From assembly GCF_963921235.1 (NCBI RefSeq), contig NC_086107.1, positions 60,450,001 to 60,514,000 on the forward strand: a stretch of 64,000 bases of DNA, read 5' to 3'. Position numbers and translations under genes: made by a program. The stretch comes from Mobula hypostoma. Lineage: Eukaryota. The notes beneath the pieces are model-generated. The model ran no database searches. It was given only the letters and a program-made list of their open reading frames with translations, and was not told the origin of the DNA. Positions 37,566 through 51,159 of this stretch are shown piece after piece. How positions within the stretch are numbered: the stretch's first letter is position 1; each line of letters begins with the position of its first letter.

Positions 37566-38595
37566 GAAAAGATGTTAAACCAAGACCCCAGCTGCTTTCT
37601 AGTGTGTGCAGCAAATATCCCATGAAAGTATTCAAAGAGCATTGTCCAGCAATGTGTCTTGTATGGGATTAGATCCTAGCTCAGTTTTCAATGGCGCAAT
37701 AAAGGTAGTGGTTTATTGAAAACTACTTCAGCTTTAAATTTGTCTTTCTGCTTGGGTGGGTGGGTTCTGTGTATGTTAGTGGTTATGTCTAAAAGTTTAG
37801 AGTTAATGTTTGTTTTCTTAAATTTAACCTGTGGCTATGGTTGGCTATTTTGCCACCATTTTGTAAGGAGCTATTTAGGATGCCTTTCACATCCAAAGCT
37901 CATTTAGCTGAAGTAATTCTTTTAAAAAAAATTACTATTGTAATGCAAGAAGTTGCTTAGGTGACTAGAATGTTAATGAAGAAAGATGGCTGGGTTTTCT
38001 TTTGGTAATTGGAGATGGGAAACATGTTGGCCAGAGCACTGAGGTGTCTGCATGTCTTATTTACCCAAGAACAGAGAAGAGATTCTGGCTGATTTTTGTT
38101 GCCACCACTACTGCAGTGTTGTATCACTTGTTCTAGATGGTATTGAAATGAGAGCTTGTTCCATACTTGCCAGAAAAAGCCACCACCCTGCCAATAAGTT
38201 GCCTTGAGACAAGGGTTCACAGCTTAGTGTGATTGAGATCGCTGGTAAAAATTTCCGTACCTCTGACTTTTGTGCCTCATTCCCTGAATATTCACTTGTG
38301 TATTAAATTTTTATTAGTATGAGATGATGAGGCTCACTCTGGAATTGTGTGGGGATAGAAGTTCGTAGGTTCTTGATTGTCAGGTGCCATGCAATTAATT
38401 TGTGCAGAAGACACAGGAAAATTGCTGGAACCCCAAACAATCTGCTGCATGTGGAGAAGTATTTAATACCTGGTGGATTTTGGGTGCAGGTTTATGCGGG
38501 CATTGCCTTTGAATTGTTGAACTGGCTAAATGAGGCCAAATTGACCCTCTATTGGGTTGGTGGTGAGTAATGAGTTGACAAGTTGTCTCGTTTAG

Positions 38596-38682
38596 GCAAT
38601 GCCAAGCTTGCAAGTGTCCCAAGTGGAGGTGCTGCTGCTGTTAGTGCCACAAGTGCTGCTGCACCAGCTGCAGCTGCTGCTG
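38596..38682 (+). CDS. RPLP2: RPLP2 coding exon 3 (Ala-rich hinge)
   Basis: tttag acceptor, GNAKLASVPSGGAAAVSATSAAAPAAAAA, donor G|GTAAGT, 87 nt. Confidence 0.97.
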
Positions 38683-39304
38683 GTAAGTGATTTATTTTGT
38701 TTGCCTTGAGGGAATGAGTGGAAACTGTAAATTAGTATAAAATCATAATTTACAGCAGTGGAGGCAAATCTGACTAGAAACTATGTACATAGTTGCACTG
38801 GGGGGAAATCTTATAAAAGGGCGTTGATCTGGTTTATAAACTTCTGGGTGCGGTCAGAGGACTCTTGACAGTTTTTGTTCTAAAATGAGACATTATGGTA
38901 CAACTTACTGTTAAATCCTGTAACATTTTATGTAGCTGGTTTTTGGTGCTGGGTTCTGCAGCCACATCAGTTGATTTTTTTCCCCAGGTTGCCAGTGTCA
39001 AAGGATGTGCAATTTATTGCTAGAATGTACATTCTTATAGTGCAGACAAAAGGACTGCATCATTCCTTCAAATTTATAAAACATAAATCTGTTCCTAACC
39101 TACCTGTTTAGTGTTATTGCTAAGAAATCGACGAGTTAGGCAAGAGATCTAAAAATAGTAACTGGGAACTTTGTAAACTAGTACATACATGATGCTCTCA
39201 ACTCAATGTTGGTGTTGTGATTAGTTCCCAAATGCTTTGTTTAAGAGAATTTAGCCTTGGAATTGAGGGTTTTGGTTGTGACCTTTTTTTTTTATTATTT
39301 TCAG

Positions 39305-39381
39305 TTGAAGAGAAGAAAGAGGAGAAGAAAGAAGAGTCTGAAGAATCAGATGATGACATGGGTTTTGGTCTCTTTGATTAA
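39305..39381 (+). CDS. RPLP2: RPLP2 last coding exon
   Basis: ttttcag acceptor, VEEKKEEKKEESEESDDDMGFGLFD-stop, the conserved P-protein C-terminus. Total CDS 336 nt, 111 aa. Confidence 0.98.
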
Positions 39382-39398
39382 ATAGAAAGCTGGCTTAA

Positions 39399-39404
39399 AA
39401 TAAA
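39399..39404 (+). terminator. RPLP2: RPLP2 polyadenylation signal
   Basis: AATAAA 18 nt after the stop codon, followed by a GT-rich downstream element (ttttgtgtttgtgtgg). Confidence 0.85.
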
Positions 39405-39519
39405 CAGTTATAATATTTTGTGTTTGTGTGGTGATGTGTGAATGTCAAATATAAGAATAGCAGTTCTTGTATTTGAAGCTGGTACGCAACTCCCATGCAT
39501 TTTGCGAAAACCGTGCCAT

Positions 39520-40210
39520 GATACATGGGAGCAGAATTAGGCCTTTGGCCTATCGAGTTTGCTCTGCCAATTTCCCCCTCAATGACATATAACATAAAAA
39601 GAAGCGGTCCCAACTCAGACCCCTGTGGAACACTAGTTACTGGCAGCCAACCAGAAAAAGCTCCCTTTATTCTCACTACCAATTAGCCATTACTTTATCC
39701 ATGCTAGAATCTTTCCTGTAATAACATTGGCTTGTAGATTGTTAAGCAGCCTCATGCGTGGCACTTTGTCTAAAGGCCTGAAAATCCAAGTATACAACAT
39801 AAACTGATTCTCCCTTTGTCTATCCTGCTTGTTATTTCAAAGAATTCCAACAGATTTGTCAGGCAAGACTTTACCTGGAGGAAACCATGCCTGAGACTTT
39901 AATGACTTTTCCCAACTACTGAGGTCAGATTAACTGACCTATAGTTTCCTTTCTTTTGCCTCTCCCTCCTTGAAAAGTGGAGTGACATTTGCAATTTTCC
40001 AGTCTTCTAGAACTGTTCCAGTGTCCAGTGATTCATGAAAGATCATTACTAATGCCTTTCAGAGCCCTGATGTGAACACCATCTAGTCCTTGTCTGCCAT
40101 CAGACCTTTCAGTTTCCCCAGAACCTTCTCATAGTAATGGTAACTTCACATACTTAATGACCATTGGCACCTAGAGCTTCCATCATACTACTGTTCTCCA
40201 CAATGAAAAG
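39520..40210 (-). mobile_element. Degenerate, internally deleted CR1 LINE
   Basis: GWLPVTSVPQGSELGPLLF remnant on the minus strand. Confidence 0.8.
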
Positions 40211-41410
40211 AGATGCGCATACTTGTGTAGTATGCATTTTATGCACAGTTTAGTAAAATTAATGGTAAGATTAAATCTCAGGAGTTTCAGCTGAAATTAA
40301 TATTTGGTCAACTAAACATGAATGATAGAACAGACCACCAGGCATTGAAAGGGCAGACACTGGTACTTTATCAATGTTAGCAGTATCTTTAAAGCTGCTA
40401 AGCTGGCCACCTCTGTAAAACATTGATTTTGAGCAACTTATCTGCAGCATGGATGTGAGTTATCTAACCAACAGTAAAAGTACTTCAACATGTGCAATAG
40501 TTAAAAGTCATACACATGTTTGTCACAAGATGGTGCTATAGCTATTCAGGAAAAATTCTGATTTAAGCCAATGCTTGTGATTTAGACTTAAGCAACAGTT
40601 TTGAATTAAAATGTTTGTTCAGGCTTGAGTTAGTGCTTATCTCTGAGATGATGATTTGTACTGCAGCTTAAGTTTTTTAAACTTGAAATATGAGTAATGT
40701 TACCAGCTGAATATGTAGAGAGCAACATGATGTTTTGCCATGAACACTGGGTTGAGGCTGACTGAGCAGTGATCATTCATTTTATGGAATAAAATCTGTG
40801 CGGAAAAGATGCTGCATATCGGTTGGCTTTCGACTGTCAGGTTGAGAGCAGCCGTGTTTGATATGCAGGTCTAAGTTCTTCACAATTTGCTTATGGCTGT
40901 AATCCTTATAGTTCTGTTTGTGCCTGAATGCTAAACGTGCATCTTGGGCTAGAATAGAATGTAGGAAGGGCAAACAACTGGCTCTAGTAAAGTTGTTAAC
41001 CTGTAATGTTAACGTAGTCCTCCTGCAGATGCTGCCTGATTAGCTGATTGTTTGCAGCATTTTTGTATAACTTAATATATATTGACATTTTGAAAAGATC
41101 AAGCTATGTGTTTTTTATCAAATGAGATATAGAAGGCAAGCTTAACCATTGGTTGCCAGGATTGTTAGTCTACTGTTTTGAAAGACTTAGCTTAAAATTC
41201 ATGAATGGTAATTGGACGAAGAAATTGTTCAAAATATTCTAGGAACTTATTGATGGAAATCGTCACTTTAAAAAGGGAGTGTAAGAGAGGCAATCCTTGT
41301 GCAAATAAGGGGAGAGGAGGCACTGGAATGAATTTGAGATATATTAAATTGAAGAAGAAGTGGCAATGGGACTGGCATCACTGTACCCATAAAAGGATTT
41401 GAAACTAGTT

Positions 41411-43268
41411 ATAGAAACATAGAAAATAGGTGCAGGAGTAGGCCATTCGGCCCTTCGAGCCTGCACCGCCATTTATTATGATCATGGCTGATCATCCAAC
41501 TCAGAACCCAGCCTTCCCTCCATACCCCGTGACCCCTGTAGCCACAAGGGCCATATCTAACTTCCTTTTAAACATAGCTAATGAACTGGCCTCAACAGTT
41601 TGCTGTGGCAGAGAATTCCACAGATTCACCACTCTCTGTGTGAAGAAGTTTTTCCTAACCTCGGTCCTAAAAGGCTTCCCCTCTATCCTCAAACTGTGAC
41701 CCCTCGTTCTAGACCTCCCCAACATCGGGAACAATCTTCCCGCATCTAGCCTGTCCAATCCCTTTAGGATCTTATACGTTTCAATCAGATCCCCCCTCAA
41801 TCTTCTAAATTCCAACGAGTACAAGCCCAGTTCATCCAGTCTTTCTTCATATGAAAGACCTGCCATCCCAGGAATCAATCTGGTGAACCTTCTTTGTACT
41901 CCCTCTATGGCAAGGATGTCTTTCCTCAGATTAGGGGACCAAAACTGCACACAATACTCCAGGTGTGGTCTCACCAAGGCCTTGTACAACTGCAGTAGTA
42001 CCTCCCTGCTCCTGTACTCGAATCCTCTCGCTATAAATGCCAGCATACCGTTCGCCTTTTTCACCGCCTGCTGTACCTGCATGCCCACTTTCAATGACTG
42101 GTGTATAATGACACCCAGGTCTCGTTGCACCTCCCCTTTTCCTAATCGGCCACCATTCAGATAATAATCTGTTTTCCTATTTTTGCCACCAAAGTGGATA
42201 ACTTCACATTTATCCACATTAAATTGCATCTGCCATGAGTTTGCCCACTCACCCAACCTATCCAAGTCACCCTGCATCCTCTTAGCATCCTCCTCACTGC
42301 TAACACTGCCACCCAGCTTCGTGTCATCCGCAAACTTGGAGATGCTGCATTTAATTCCCTCATCCAAGTCATTAATATATATTGTAAACAACTGGGGTCC
42401 CAGCACTGAGCCTTGCGGTACCCCACTAGTCACCGCCTGCCATTCTGAAAAGGTCCCGTTTATTCCCACTCTTTGCTTCCTGTCTGCTAACCAATTCTCC
42501 ACCCACACCAATACCTTACCCCCAATACCATGTGCTTTAAGTTTGCACACTAATCTCCTGTGTGGGACCTTGTCAAAAGCCTTTTGAAAATCCAAATATA
42601 CCACATCCACTGGTTCTCCCCTATCCACTCTACTAGTTACATCCTCAAAAAATTCTATGAGATTCGTCAGACATGATTTTCCTTCCACAAATCCATGCTG
42701 ACTTTGTCCGATCATTTCACCGCTTTCCAAATGTGCTGTTATCACATCCTTGATAACTGACTCCAGCAGTTTCCCCACCACCGACGTTAGGCTAACCGGC
42801 CTATAATTCCCCGGTTTCTCTCTCCCTCCATTTTTAAAAAGTGGGGTTACATTAGCCACCCTCCAATCCTCAGGAACTAGTCCAGAATCTAACGAGTTTT
42901 GAAAAATTATCACTAATGCATCCACTATTTCTTGGGCCACTTCCTTAAGCACTCTGGGATGCAGACCATCTGGCCCTGGGGATTTATCTGCCTTCAATCC
43001 CTTCAATTTACCTAACACCACTTCCCTACTAACATGTATTTCGCTCAGTTCCTCCATCTCACTGGACCCTCTGTCCCTTACTATTTCTGGAAGATTATTT
43101 ATGTCCTCCTTAGTGAAGACAGAACCAAAGTAATTATTCAATTGGTCTGCCATGTCCTTGCTCCCCATAATCAATTCACCTGTTTCTGTTTGCAGGGGAC
43201 CTACATTTGTCTTTATCAGTCTTTTCCTTTTTACATATCTATAAAAGCTTTTACAGTCCGTTTTTATG
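41411..43268 (-). mobile_element. Young 5'-truncated CR1 LINE with uninterrupted RT frame
   Basis: 596-aa ORF 41501-43291 (first few codons come from flank) with PEDWRVANVTPLFK, YLDFQKAFDKV, GVPQGSVLGP and SKFADDTK. (tttctatg) tail. No APE endonuclease domain. Confidence 0.97.
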
Positions 43269-43489
43269 ATTTTACATTGTCCACTTTCCAATGAGATGCT
43301 AATAATTATAATGATTATAAGATCTTATTTAATATACTTGGAGATGAATAACTGGTTGTCACTGAATATTTTCCATTTGGCTGTTTGTCATCTTCAGCCC
43401 CTCAACAATGCACCTATTGTACCACCTTCCCCTTTCCAAAAAAAATTGCAAACTACACAAGGTGTATAGGGAAATTTGGATTCTATGTG

Positions 43490-45990
43490 TTGGAAGATGG
43501 GGCTGATCCTTTGGATGAGAATCTAAATTGAGGAAAGGCCAGTTTTGATGGCATCAGGAAAAATCGAACAGGTATGAATTGGGATAGGGTGTTTTCTGGT
43601 AGAGGTGTTTGATAAATGGGCGGTTCTTGAAAGTGAAAATATTGAGAATGCAGAATCTATGTTCGTGTTCAGATAAAGTTCAAGGCGAACTGGTGTAGGA
43701 AACCTTAGTTATCGAGGGATGTTTGAGGGCCTAGTAGAGGAGAAGGTGCATTCAGGTATAGGCAAGCTTGCTGACATTGGTGGAAACAAAGGTGGTGAGG
43801 AATTAGCTAAAGGAGGGAGATTGGAAATCTGGCTCAGTAGTGCCACAGCAACAACCTCTTACTCAAAGTTAGCAAGATCAAGGATCTGATTATTGACTTC
43901 TGGTGGAGGAAAGAGCTCCATGATCCATTCTCCATCAGGGATCAGGTGTGGAGAGGGTCAGCGACTTTAAATTCCTCAGTGTTAATTTCAGAGGACCTGT
44001 CCTGGGCCCAACACGTATGTGTGTATTGAAGAAAGCACAGCAGTATGCCTACTTAATAGTTGTGGAGATTCAGCATGAGATATAAAACTTGGAAAAACCT
44101 CAATAGATGTGTGGTGGAGTGTGTACTGACTGTATCATGGCCTGGTATGGAAACACCAATGCGCTTGAAAAGAAGTTTGATACAACACTCCCCACCATTG
44201 AGCACATCTATGTAGAGTGCTGTTGTGAGAAAGCAGCATCCATCATTAGGAACTCCCACCATCAAGGTCATGCTGTCTTGCTGCTACCATGAGGAAGAAG
44301 GAACAGGAGCCTGAGGACTCACACCAGGAGCAGTTATTACCCCTCAACTGTCAGGCTCTTGAACCCCTGTTGATAACTTCACTTGCCCCATCACTGAACA
44401 GTTCCCAGGGATGCTTCATCTCATGTTCTCTATTTATTGCTTTTCACTTGTTTTGTATTTGCAGTTGTTGTCTTGCACGTGGGCTGTTTATCTGCCCTGC
44501 TGGATATTGTCTTTGATTCTACTATGATTCTTGGATTTACTGAATATACCCACAAGAAAATGAATTTCAGAGTTGTATGTGCTTTGATAATAAATTTACT
44601 TTGAACTCTACGTATAAGAAATGCAAAGGGACACTGAAAAGAGCAATCGGAGGGCTAAAATAGGATGTGAGATGGCTGTGGCAGACAACATGAAAGAGAA
44701 TCTCAAGGGTTGCTATAGCTATATTTAAGAGCATAATGATAGCAAGGAACACAATTAGCATAGTCAGGTATTCATGGAACAGGAAGATGGAGGGCATCTT
44801 AAAATGATTTTTGTTTTTGTATCCATATTGAAAATGAACACAGACTACAGATCTGTAGTAACAGTAATGAGGTCATAGACTATCTGTGTAATGGGATATA
44901 AGGTGCTAGTTTGGGACAAATTAGGATGGATAATCCCTAGGGCTTGACAAGGTGTGTCATTGGACCTTGGGGGAATCATGTAGAAGTTGCTAATACTTCC
45001 TGGTTCAAGAAAGGCTGTAAAAGTAAGCCAGGAAGTTGCAGATCAGTGAGATGAACATCAGCAATAGATAGATTATTGGAAAGTATTCTAAGGGATAGGA
45101 CATATAAGTATTTGGATAGATGGCCTGATTAGGGATTTGTGCATGGTCGATTACATCTAACCAATCTTGTAGTTTTCAAAGGTTACTGGATTGATGAAGG
45201 ACAGCCTAGTAAATTTTGTCTGTGTGACTTTAGCAAGCCTTTGACAAAGTCCCACATTTGAGGCTGCTCCAGAAGGTTCAGTTGCTTAGCATTCAGGATA
45301 AAGTAGAAAACTGGAATTAGTATTGGCTTAGAAGTAGTAGATGGTTGTCTCTGACTGGAGGCCTGTGACTAGTGGTGTAGTGCAGGGACTGGTGCTGGGT
45401 CCATTGTTGTTTGTCATCTATATTAAGGATTTAGATGATAATGTGGCAAACGGGTTCAGCAAATTTACAGATGACACAAAGATTAGGGAACATAGTGGTC
45501 AGTGAAGAAGGCTATCAAAGTTTGTAAGAAAAGATTGGCACCTGCTGGAAAAATAACAGTATATTACAAACAAGAGTGATGTGCTGCACTTTGGGAGGAC
45601 ACCCCAGTGTAGGATTTGGTGAACAGTAGGGCACTGAAGAGTGTGGTAGAACAGGGATCTGGAAATATAGATCTATAATTCCTTGAAGGTGGTGTTACAG
45701 GTAGATAGGGTCATAAAGAGCGGCACATTGGTCTTTATAAATCAGGGCATTGATTATCAGTTGGGATATTATGTTGTAGTTGTATGAAACAGGAGGAAAT
45801 TCTTTACTCGGTGATGTGAGTGTGAAATGAGCTGCCAGTGGAGTAGTAGATTCAGGTTCATGTTTAACATTTTGGATAGGTACATGTATAAGGGGGTATG
45901 GAGGGCAATGGTTCAGGTGCAGGTAGTTGCAACTATCCAGTTTGGCATAAATTAGACCAAAGGGCCTCTTTCTCTGCTTTAGTACTCTGT
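43490..45990 (+). mobile_element. Old CR1 LINE split by a Rex1/Babar insertion (~43770-44610)
   Basis: Degenerate CR1 ORF2 motifs on both sides (e.g. tgactggaggcctgtgactagtggtg). The central segment has Rex1 motifs (CIMAWYGN, LPTIEHIY) and an aataaatttactttgaac tail. Confidence 0.75.
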
Positions 45991-46944
45991 CTCTTATACT
46001 TAATAAAAATAGCTCCTATTCTTTTTACTAGTCCAGGAGCTTACCTGTCTTGTCCAGATTTGTTTTGCCTTCATCTGTCACACTTCTGATGTCATGTTAG
46101 TAGATTAATTTCCTGGTTTTAATGGATCAAATATTGCTATAATCTTAATAATAAATATTTTTTGCCCCGAGTCAAAAACCAAACTGAAATCTGTGGAATG
46201 GCGAATGTCATTTCACAATTGCAGGATTTGTCTCTCCAACAGCTGTCTAAAACTTGATTACTCTTCAAGTGGAAAAACAACTTTCTGATATCAGCCTGAA
46301 TCTTAACATTTGCTAGTGTGAATCTGTGCTTACTGTTTAAACTGAGGAATACTGAATTTGCCACAAATTTATGATTTCATATTCCTTAATAAATTCATCT
46401 CAGATGTGTGTCCTTCCCCAAAAGTCATGACACTTGCGGCTATTCTCAAAATTCAGACCTAAGCTTTGGGGATCAGTCCCCCACTGCTTGCCTGCACAGC
46501 TCCTGGTGCATGACTGACTTTATATCATAAGATTTGAGTTCGAAATGAATTCTGCTTCTCTGCTTCAGAAATGAAGTGTTTCATAACTGAGGTGCTATCT
46601 TTCAGATCAAATGTTCTGATGGCCCTTTCGCATAGATGTAGAAGATTCTTTGATGCATTTCTAATCAAAGGGGAGTTGTCATTAAAAATTGTTCATATCT
46701 ATTGATTATTTCTAGGATCTTGCCGTGATGAACTGCTGGCAAATTTACAAATTACCACTCAAGTACTTAATTAACTGTACAGCACAAATCAGGAATGACC
46801 AGTCATACTTAAATATGATTGCAAGTCATACTTTATTGAACAGTGCTTATGTGTGTGCAAGTGTCTACTTGTATTTCTTGGAAAAGACCAAATAGATTTC
46901 ATAGTAGATTGAGCAACTATAGATCTACCTGTTAACAATGGACA

Positions 46945-47150
46945 GTACAGTGGTCAACACTACTAGGGCTGCTGCCTCAATGTTTCATCGAGCTAGGTTC
47001 AATCCTGATCTCCAAAGCTCTCAATGTGGAGTTTGTATATTTTTCCTATGATTGCATAGACTTCCTTCAAACATTCCATTTTCCTCCCACCTCCCAAAGA
47101 TATTCAGGTTGATTAGTTAAATGGTCAATGTAAATAGCCCTTGTGTGTAC
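46945..47150 (+). mobile_element. V-SINE (HE1-like), degenerate
   Basis: B box GGTTCAATCC followed by the V-domain pattern tgtggagtttgtatatttt...ttcctcccac.cccaaaga. Confidence 0.7.
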
Positions 47151-48354
47151 TGAGTGGCAGAATCTGGGATGTGCTGATAGGAATATAAGGAGAATGAAAT
47201 GGGACGAACAAGGATTGAGTAGGATGGGTGTTTCGTGTACAGGATGGAATGGTGGGACAATGACCCTATTTGTATGCTATATAGTGTGTCATCCTTTGTA
47301 CAATGAACAGCATGGACAAGGCAGTATTTAGCATTATCCTTTGATTCTCCTGAGAACAGCATACAATGTGAGACATGACTCGTGTAGACCTGTTCAAACA
47401 ATCGCGCAAACTTTCTCTCAAAGATAACCATTTAGATTCAGCATTTTTTAGTATCAGGCCACAATTTTGATTTGTAAAATTAAATTCGAAGTTAGGAATT
47501 GCTAATCCATGATTACCAGTCTAGTACAAGAACCCCCAAGTAGTAATGTCCTTGTAATTAACAATTTACTCTGACAATAAAAGGTTTTCATCTAGGATTG
47601 GGCACTGTTCAGGCAAAGGCAGTAACATCTCCACACTGCCATTTTCATATGTGCAAAATCAACATTGTCTTCCTGCCACTTAGAATGTGTTGACACCTTG
47701 GAGAGAAACAATAGGCATCAGACTTGTCTCTGTGACCTTGACAGCTTTGACAATCAGGTAACCAATGGCAATATCAGGTATAAGAATCCAAATAACATCA
47801 AGGGACTGGGCATTGTAGTTATCTAAGCAGGAAAGGATGGAGACTCGTCAGACTCCTGCTTTTAGTCAGTAGTCTGAAATCCTGTGGCTGGTAGTAATTA
47901 GGATGACCACAAATTTCTTGGTTTAGGGCATTGGACCTTTCTTGTTGGTGTTTTGTGTTTTGTTAAAGGTCAAGTTGTAAAAATGAAACTTTCTATCTTG
48001 CCTGTCTCAGTGAAGGGTAATTTGCTAGTGCATTGTCCGGCTAATAGCAGAGAAGAACAGGGTTTGATAAAATGGTCATGACTATGTAGAGAAAGAATAA
48101 AGGACACATTGCAACATATTCATCTCAGTCAAATAGGAATAAAAGGGACAAAATGCCTTTTTACAACTGGATAGAAAGACAGAAGCAGCATTAATCAGGC
48201 TCATTCTGTCAAGCACTATCCCACTCTTACTGTAGTGTAGTGTTGAATTAGGTTTGTAAATTCCCTCCATCTGAAGGTCAAGATGGTCTGAATTCTCATG
48301 AGGCGCATCAGTTGTGATGATTTATTGGAGGCCTATACACCTAGGTATCCTCCA

Positions 48355-48750
48355 AGAGGACCACAAATTTGTCATAGAGTTTGGAGGCTTGCATGCCTCA
48401 ATGACCTGCAGAACTATCATGCTTTGGCTCTCAGTAGGGTCACCCATGCCAAATAGGTTAAAGGGTAGAGGCCAGACTAAAAGTGGTCCACTGCTCCTCC
48501 AGGTTTGGGAGTTCAGCTCAGGGCTAACTACCCTGACTGGTAAAACAAAACTGTTATGGAAACAGCAATGAAGAATCACTCTACATCTGTGCTGATGGTA
48601 TTCCTGAATCTCCACCTGAAACTTGCTGGTATTAAGTGAAACTGAGCTGCTGACATGATAAAGGAAGCCCTGAACACTGCCAAAGATGGAGGACCTCCAC
48701 TGCTGCCCTAAATGTGAGTGGTGTAATAGGCAGTCAGTAGGTAGGTAGAC
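48355..48750 (+). mobile_element. Bipartite RTE-derived element (5'UTR joined to 3' end)
   Basis: Rex3/Expander-like 5'UTR (gtagggtcacccatgccaaa..gg, agggctaactaccctg..gtaaaac) joined to an RTE-like 3' end with a gtag-repeat tail. A similar 3' end lies at 14260-14340. Confidence 0.55.
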
Positions 48751-49984
48751 TTAAGTATGGTACAAATCCCTCTATTGCAATATTCGTTTTCTTTCCAGTG
48801 CACAACAATCACGTAGATATAAATGGTTTTGCAGGTAGTTTGAATTCCAACTGAGTTCTCTTCTGACCTACCATTCCTTAAATTGGGGGAAACTAGGTAC
48901 AGTGGAAGTTCAAAGAAAATTAAGGATCCTTATACTTAAATCACTAAAATGTAGTACAAAAATGCTACAAAATAATGAAATGTTAGTCTTCATAACTTGT
49001 ACCATAATATTAACAGGATGCAATTGTTGCTACCACAATACAAAGCAACGTGTGGGATATTTTGGACTTCTTTGAGTACCACAGCTATGAAAGTAGCATG
49101 GTGTGTATATACTAGTGTTCCCAGGGCTCAATAAATCACATATATTAGTGTTCATAAGGCACTTCCATAGAAGTAGGTATCATTTTCTGCTCTTAGGAAA
49201 TCTAGGGTAAGAGAATGCTTCATTAAAATTAGAGGAAGGTCATTCAGGAGAGAAGTTTGGAAACACTTCTTCATGTGAGTGATGGCCTACTGTGAATCTC
49301 TCACCCACTAAATTGTAACCAAGTTGAACAGCATGAATATGGAGTTAGCAGAGGAACTGTGTTGTCAGCAAAGATCTCAAATTATAACAGAGCGGGCCAG
49401 AGGAGATAAATGACTTACTTTTGTTCCAATGTTCCATGTGATTAGGTCAAGTTTCCCTGCCATAAAGGGCTGAGAATCTCAGGTATTGTGTCAGATCTGA
49501 GTTGCTGCCAGAATTAGTGCTCAATGGTTGGCAAGTGATTACATGCACAAGATGTAGCAGTCAACAGACAGCAGAAGTGTGTGGACTAAGCAGAGCCTTC
49601 AAGGGAAAGTATCAAGTGGAAGATGAGCCCTCGTAAAGTGACAGTTGAACTTTGTTGGAAAAGATAAAGAGTTTATCTCAAGGTAAATTTATGGTGTTCA
49701 ATCACCAGAGACAATGAAGAGAGATCTATGTGGTCCTGCATTTTGACGCACTGAATGATGTTCTTTGAAACATATAGTGACAAAAAAATCTAACAGTTTT
49801 GTACTTTATATCTGTTAAATCAAATATTGATGAGATGATTTATTAAAATAATATTAGTTGAAAGATCAAGTTCATATTTCACCGGAAAAATGCTTTTTTA
49901 AAATGCTATTGGATGTTTTATGAGCAGGCAGAAGGGATATCAGTTTTACCTCAGAATCTGGTTTATCATCACTGACGTACACGC

Positions 49985-50479
49985 AAGGCTCCTGTACCTA
50001 ATAAAGTGGCCACTGCTGCTGAGATGCGTATTGTGTGTGCAGAGATGCTCATCTGCACACCACTGTCGTAATATGTGGTTGAGTTACTGCTGCCTTCCTG
50101 TCAGTCTGAACCAATCAGACATTCTCCTCAGACTCTCTCATGAACAAAGCATTTTCGCCCACAGAACTGCCACTCATCAAATTTTTTTTTTGTTTTTTGC
50201 CCCATTCTCCGTATATCCTAGAGACTGTTGTGCGTGCAAATCCCAGGAAATCAGCAGTTTCCAAGCTACTCAAACTGCCCTGTCTGTCACCCACAATCAT
50301 TCCACGGTCAAAGTCACTTAGATCACATTTCTTCCATATTCTGATGTTTTGTCTGAATAACAACTGAACCCCTTGACCATGTCTGCATGCTTTTGCGCAT
50401 TGAGTTGCTGCCACCTGGTCAACTGATCAGATATTTGCTTTAACAAGCAGGTATACCTAATAAAGTGCCCACTGAATGT
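49985..50479 (-). mobile_element. Tc1-like non-autonomous element
   Basis: Terminal motif cagtggccactttattaggtac (twice) and a paired-like N-terminus KKCDLSDFDRGMIVG...ETADFLGFARTTVSRIY. Confidence 0.8.
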
Positions 50480-51159
50480 ATGTTGTAAAATTTGTTGTTT
50501 TGTTGCAACAGTGCAGTGCAAGACATAAAAAATTATTCTAAGTTACAATAAAAAAATAAATAGAGGAATATCGAGATTTGGTTTATTGGTTCCACGACTG
50601 GTCTGAAGTCTGAATGCGGAAGAGAAGAAGCTGTTCCTAAAGTGTTGAGTGTGGTCTTCATTCTCCTGTGCCTCCTCCATGATCTAAAGATGGAAACATT
50701 GATTATGCAGCTCTCTTCAGTACTTCACTAATATGTCAACTGGGAATATTGTGTGCTTGGGACATGACTGCACCACTTCATCTTGCACACAAGGTGCAGG
50801 ATCGAACTTCTATAAAATGCAGAAAAAGAAGTCCAAGCTACAGTAATCATTCTTTGTGCAGCCTGGGTGAGGCTACAAAGTACATCATATCAGATCTAAT
50901 TGAAGAATTGATTATTGGTTCCTGATAACGAAAAATAGCTGTGGTTGGAAGGCCACAACATCAAGGTGATCGATACAGATTCCAGGCTATCTTGCTTAGA
51001 ATCTTCACCATTCCAAAGATAGATGACTTGTTGTACATTAACGGACAGGGTCTTCCCACATCATTAATAACTATCAGATTATTATAAAGGCTGAACTTAT
51101 TCACCATTCTGATAAAGTACACCTTATTGTAGTGGTTAGCACAGTTGCTTTACAACGTT

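Noticed and set aside
38320-38390. ATGATGA plus GTTCTTGATT (18S-complementary), suggesting a C/D snoRNA
   Set aside because: No box D follows, and the context resembles a degenerate CR1 3' fragment.
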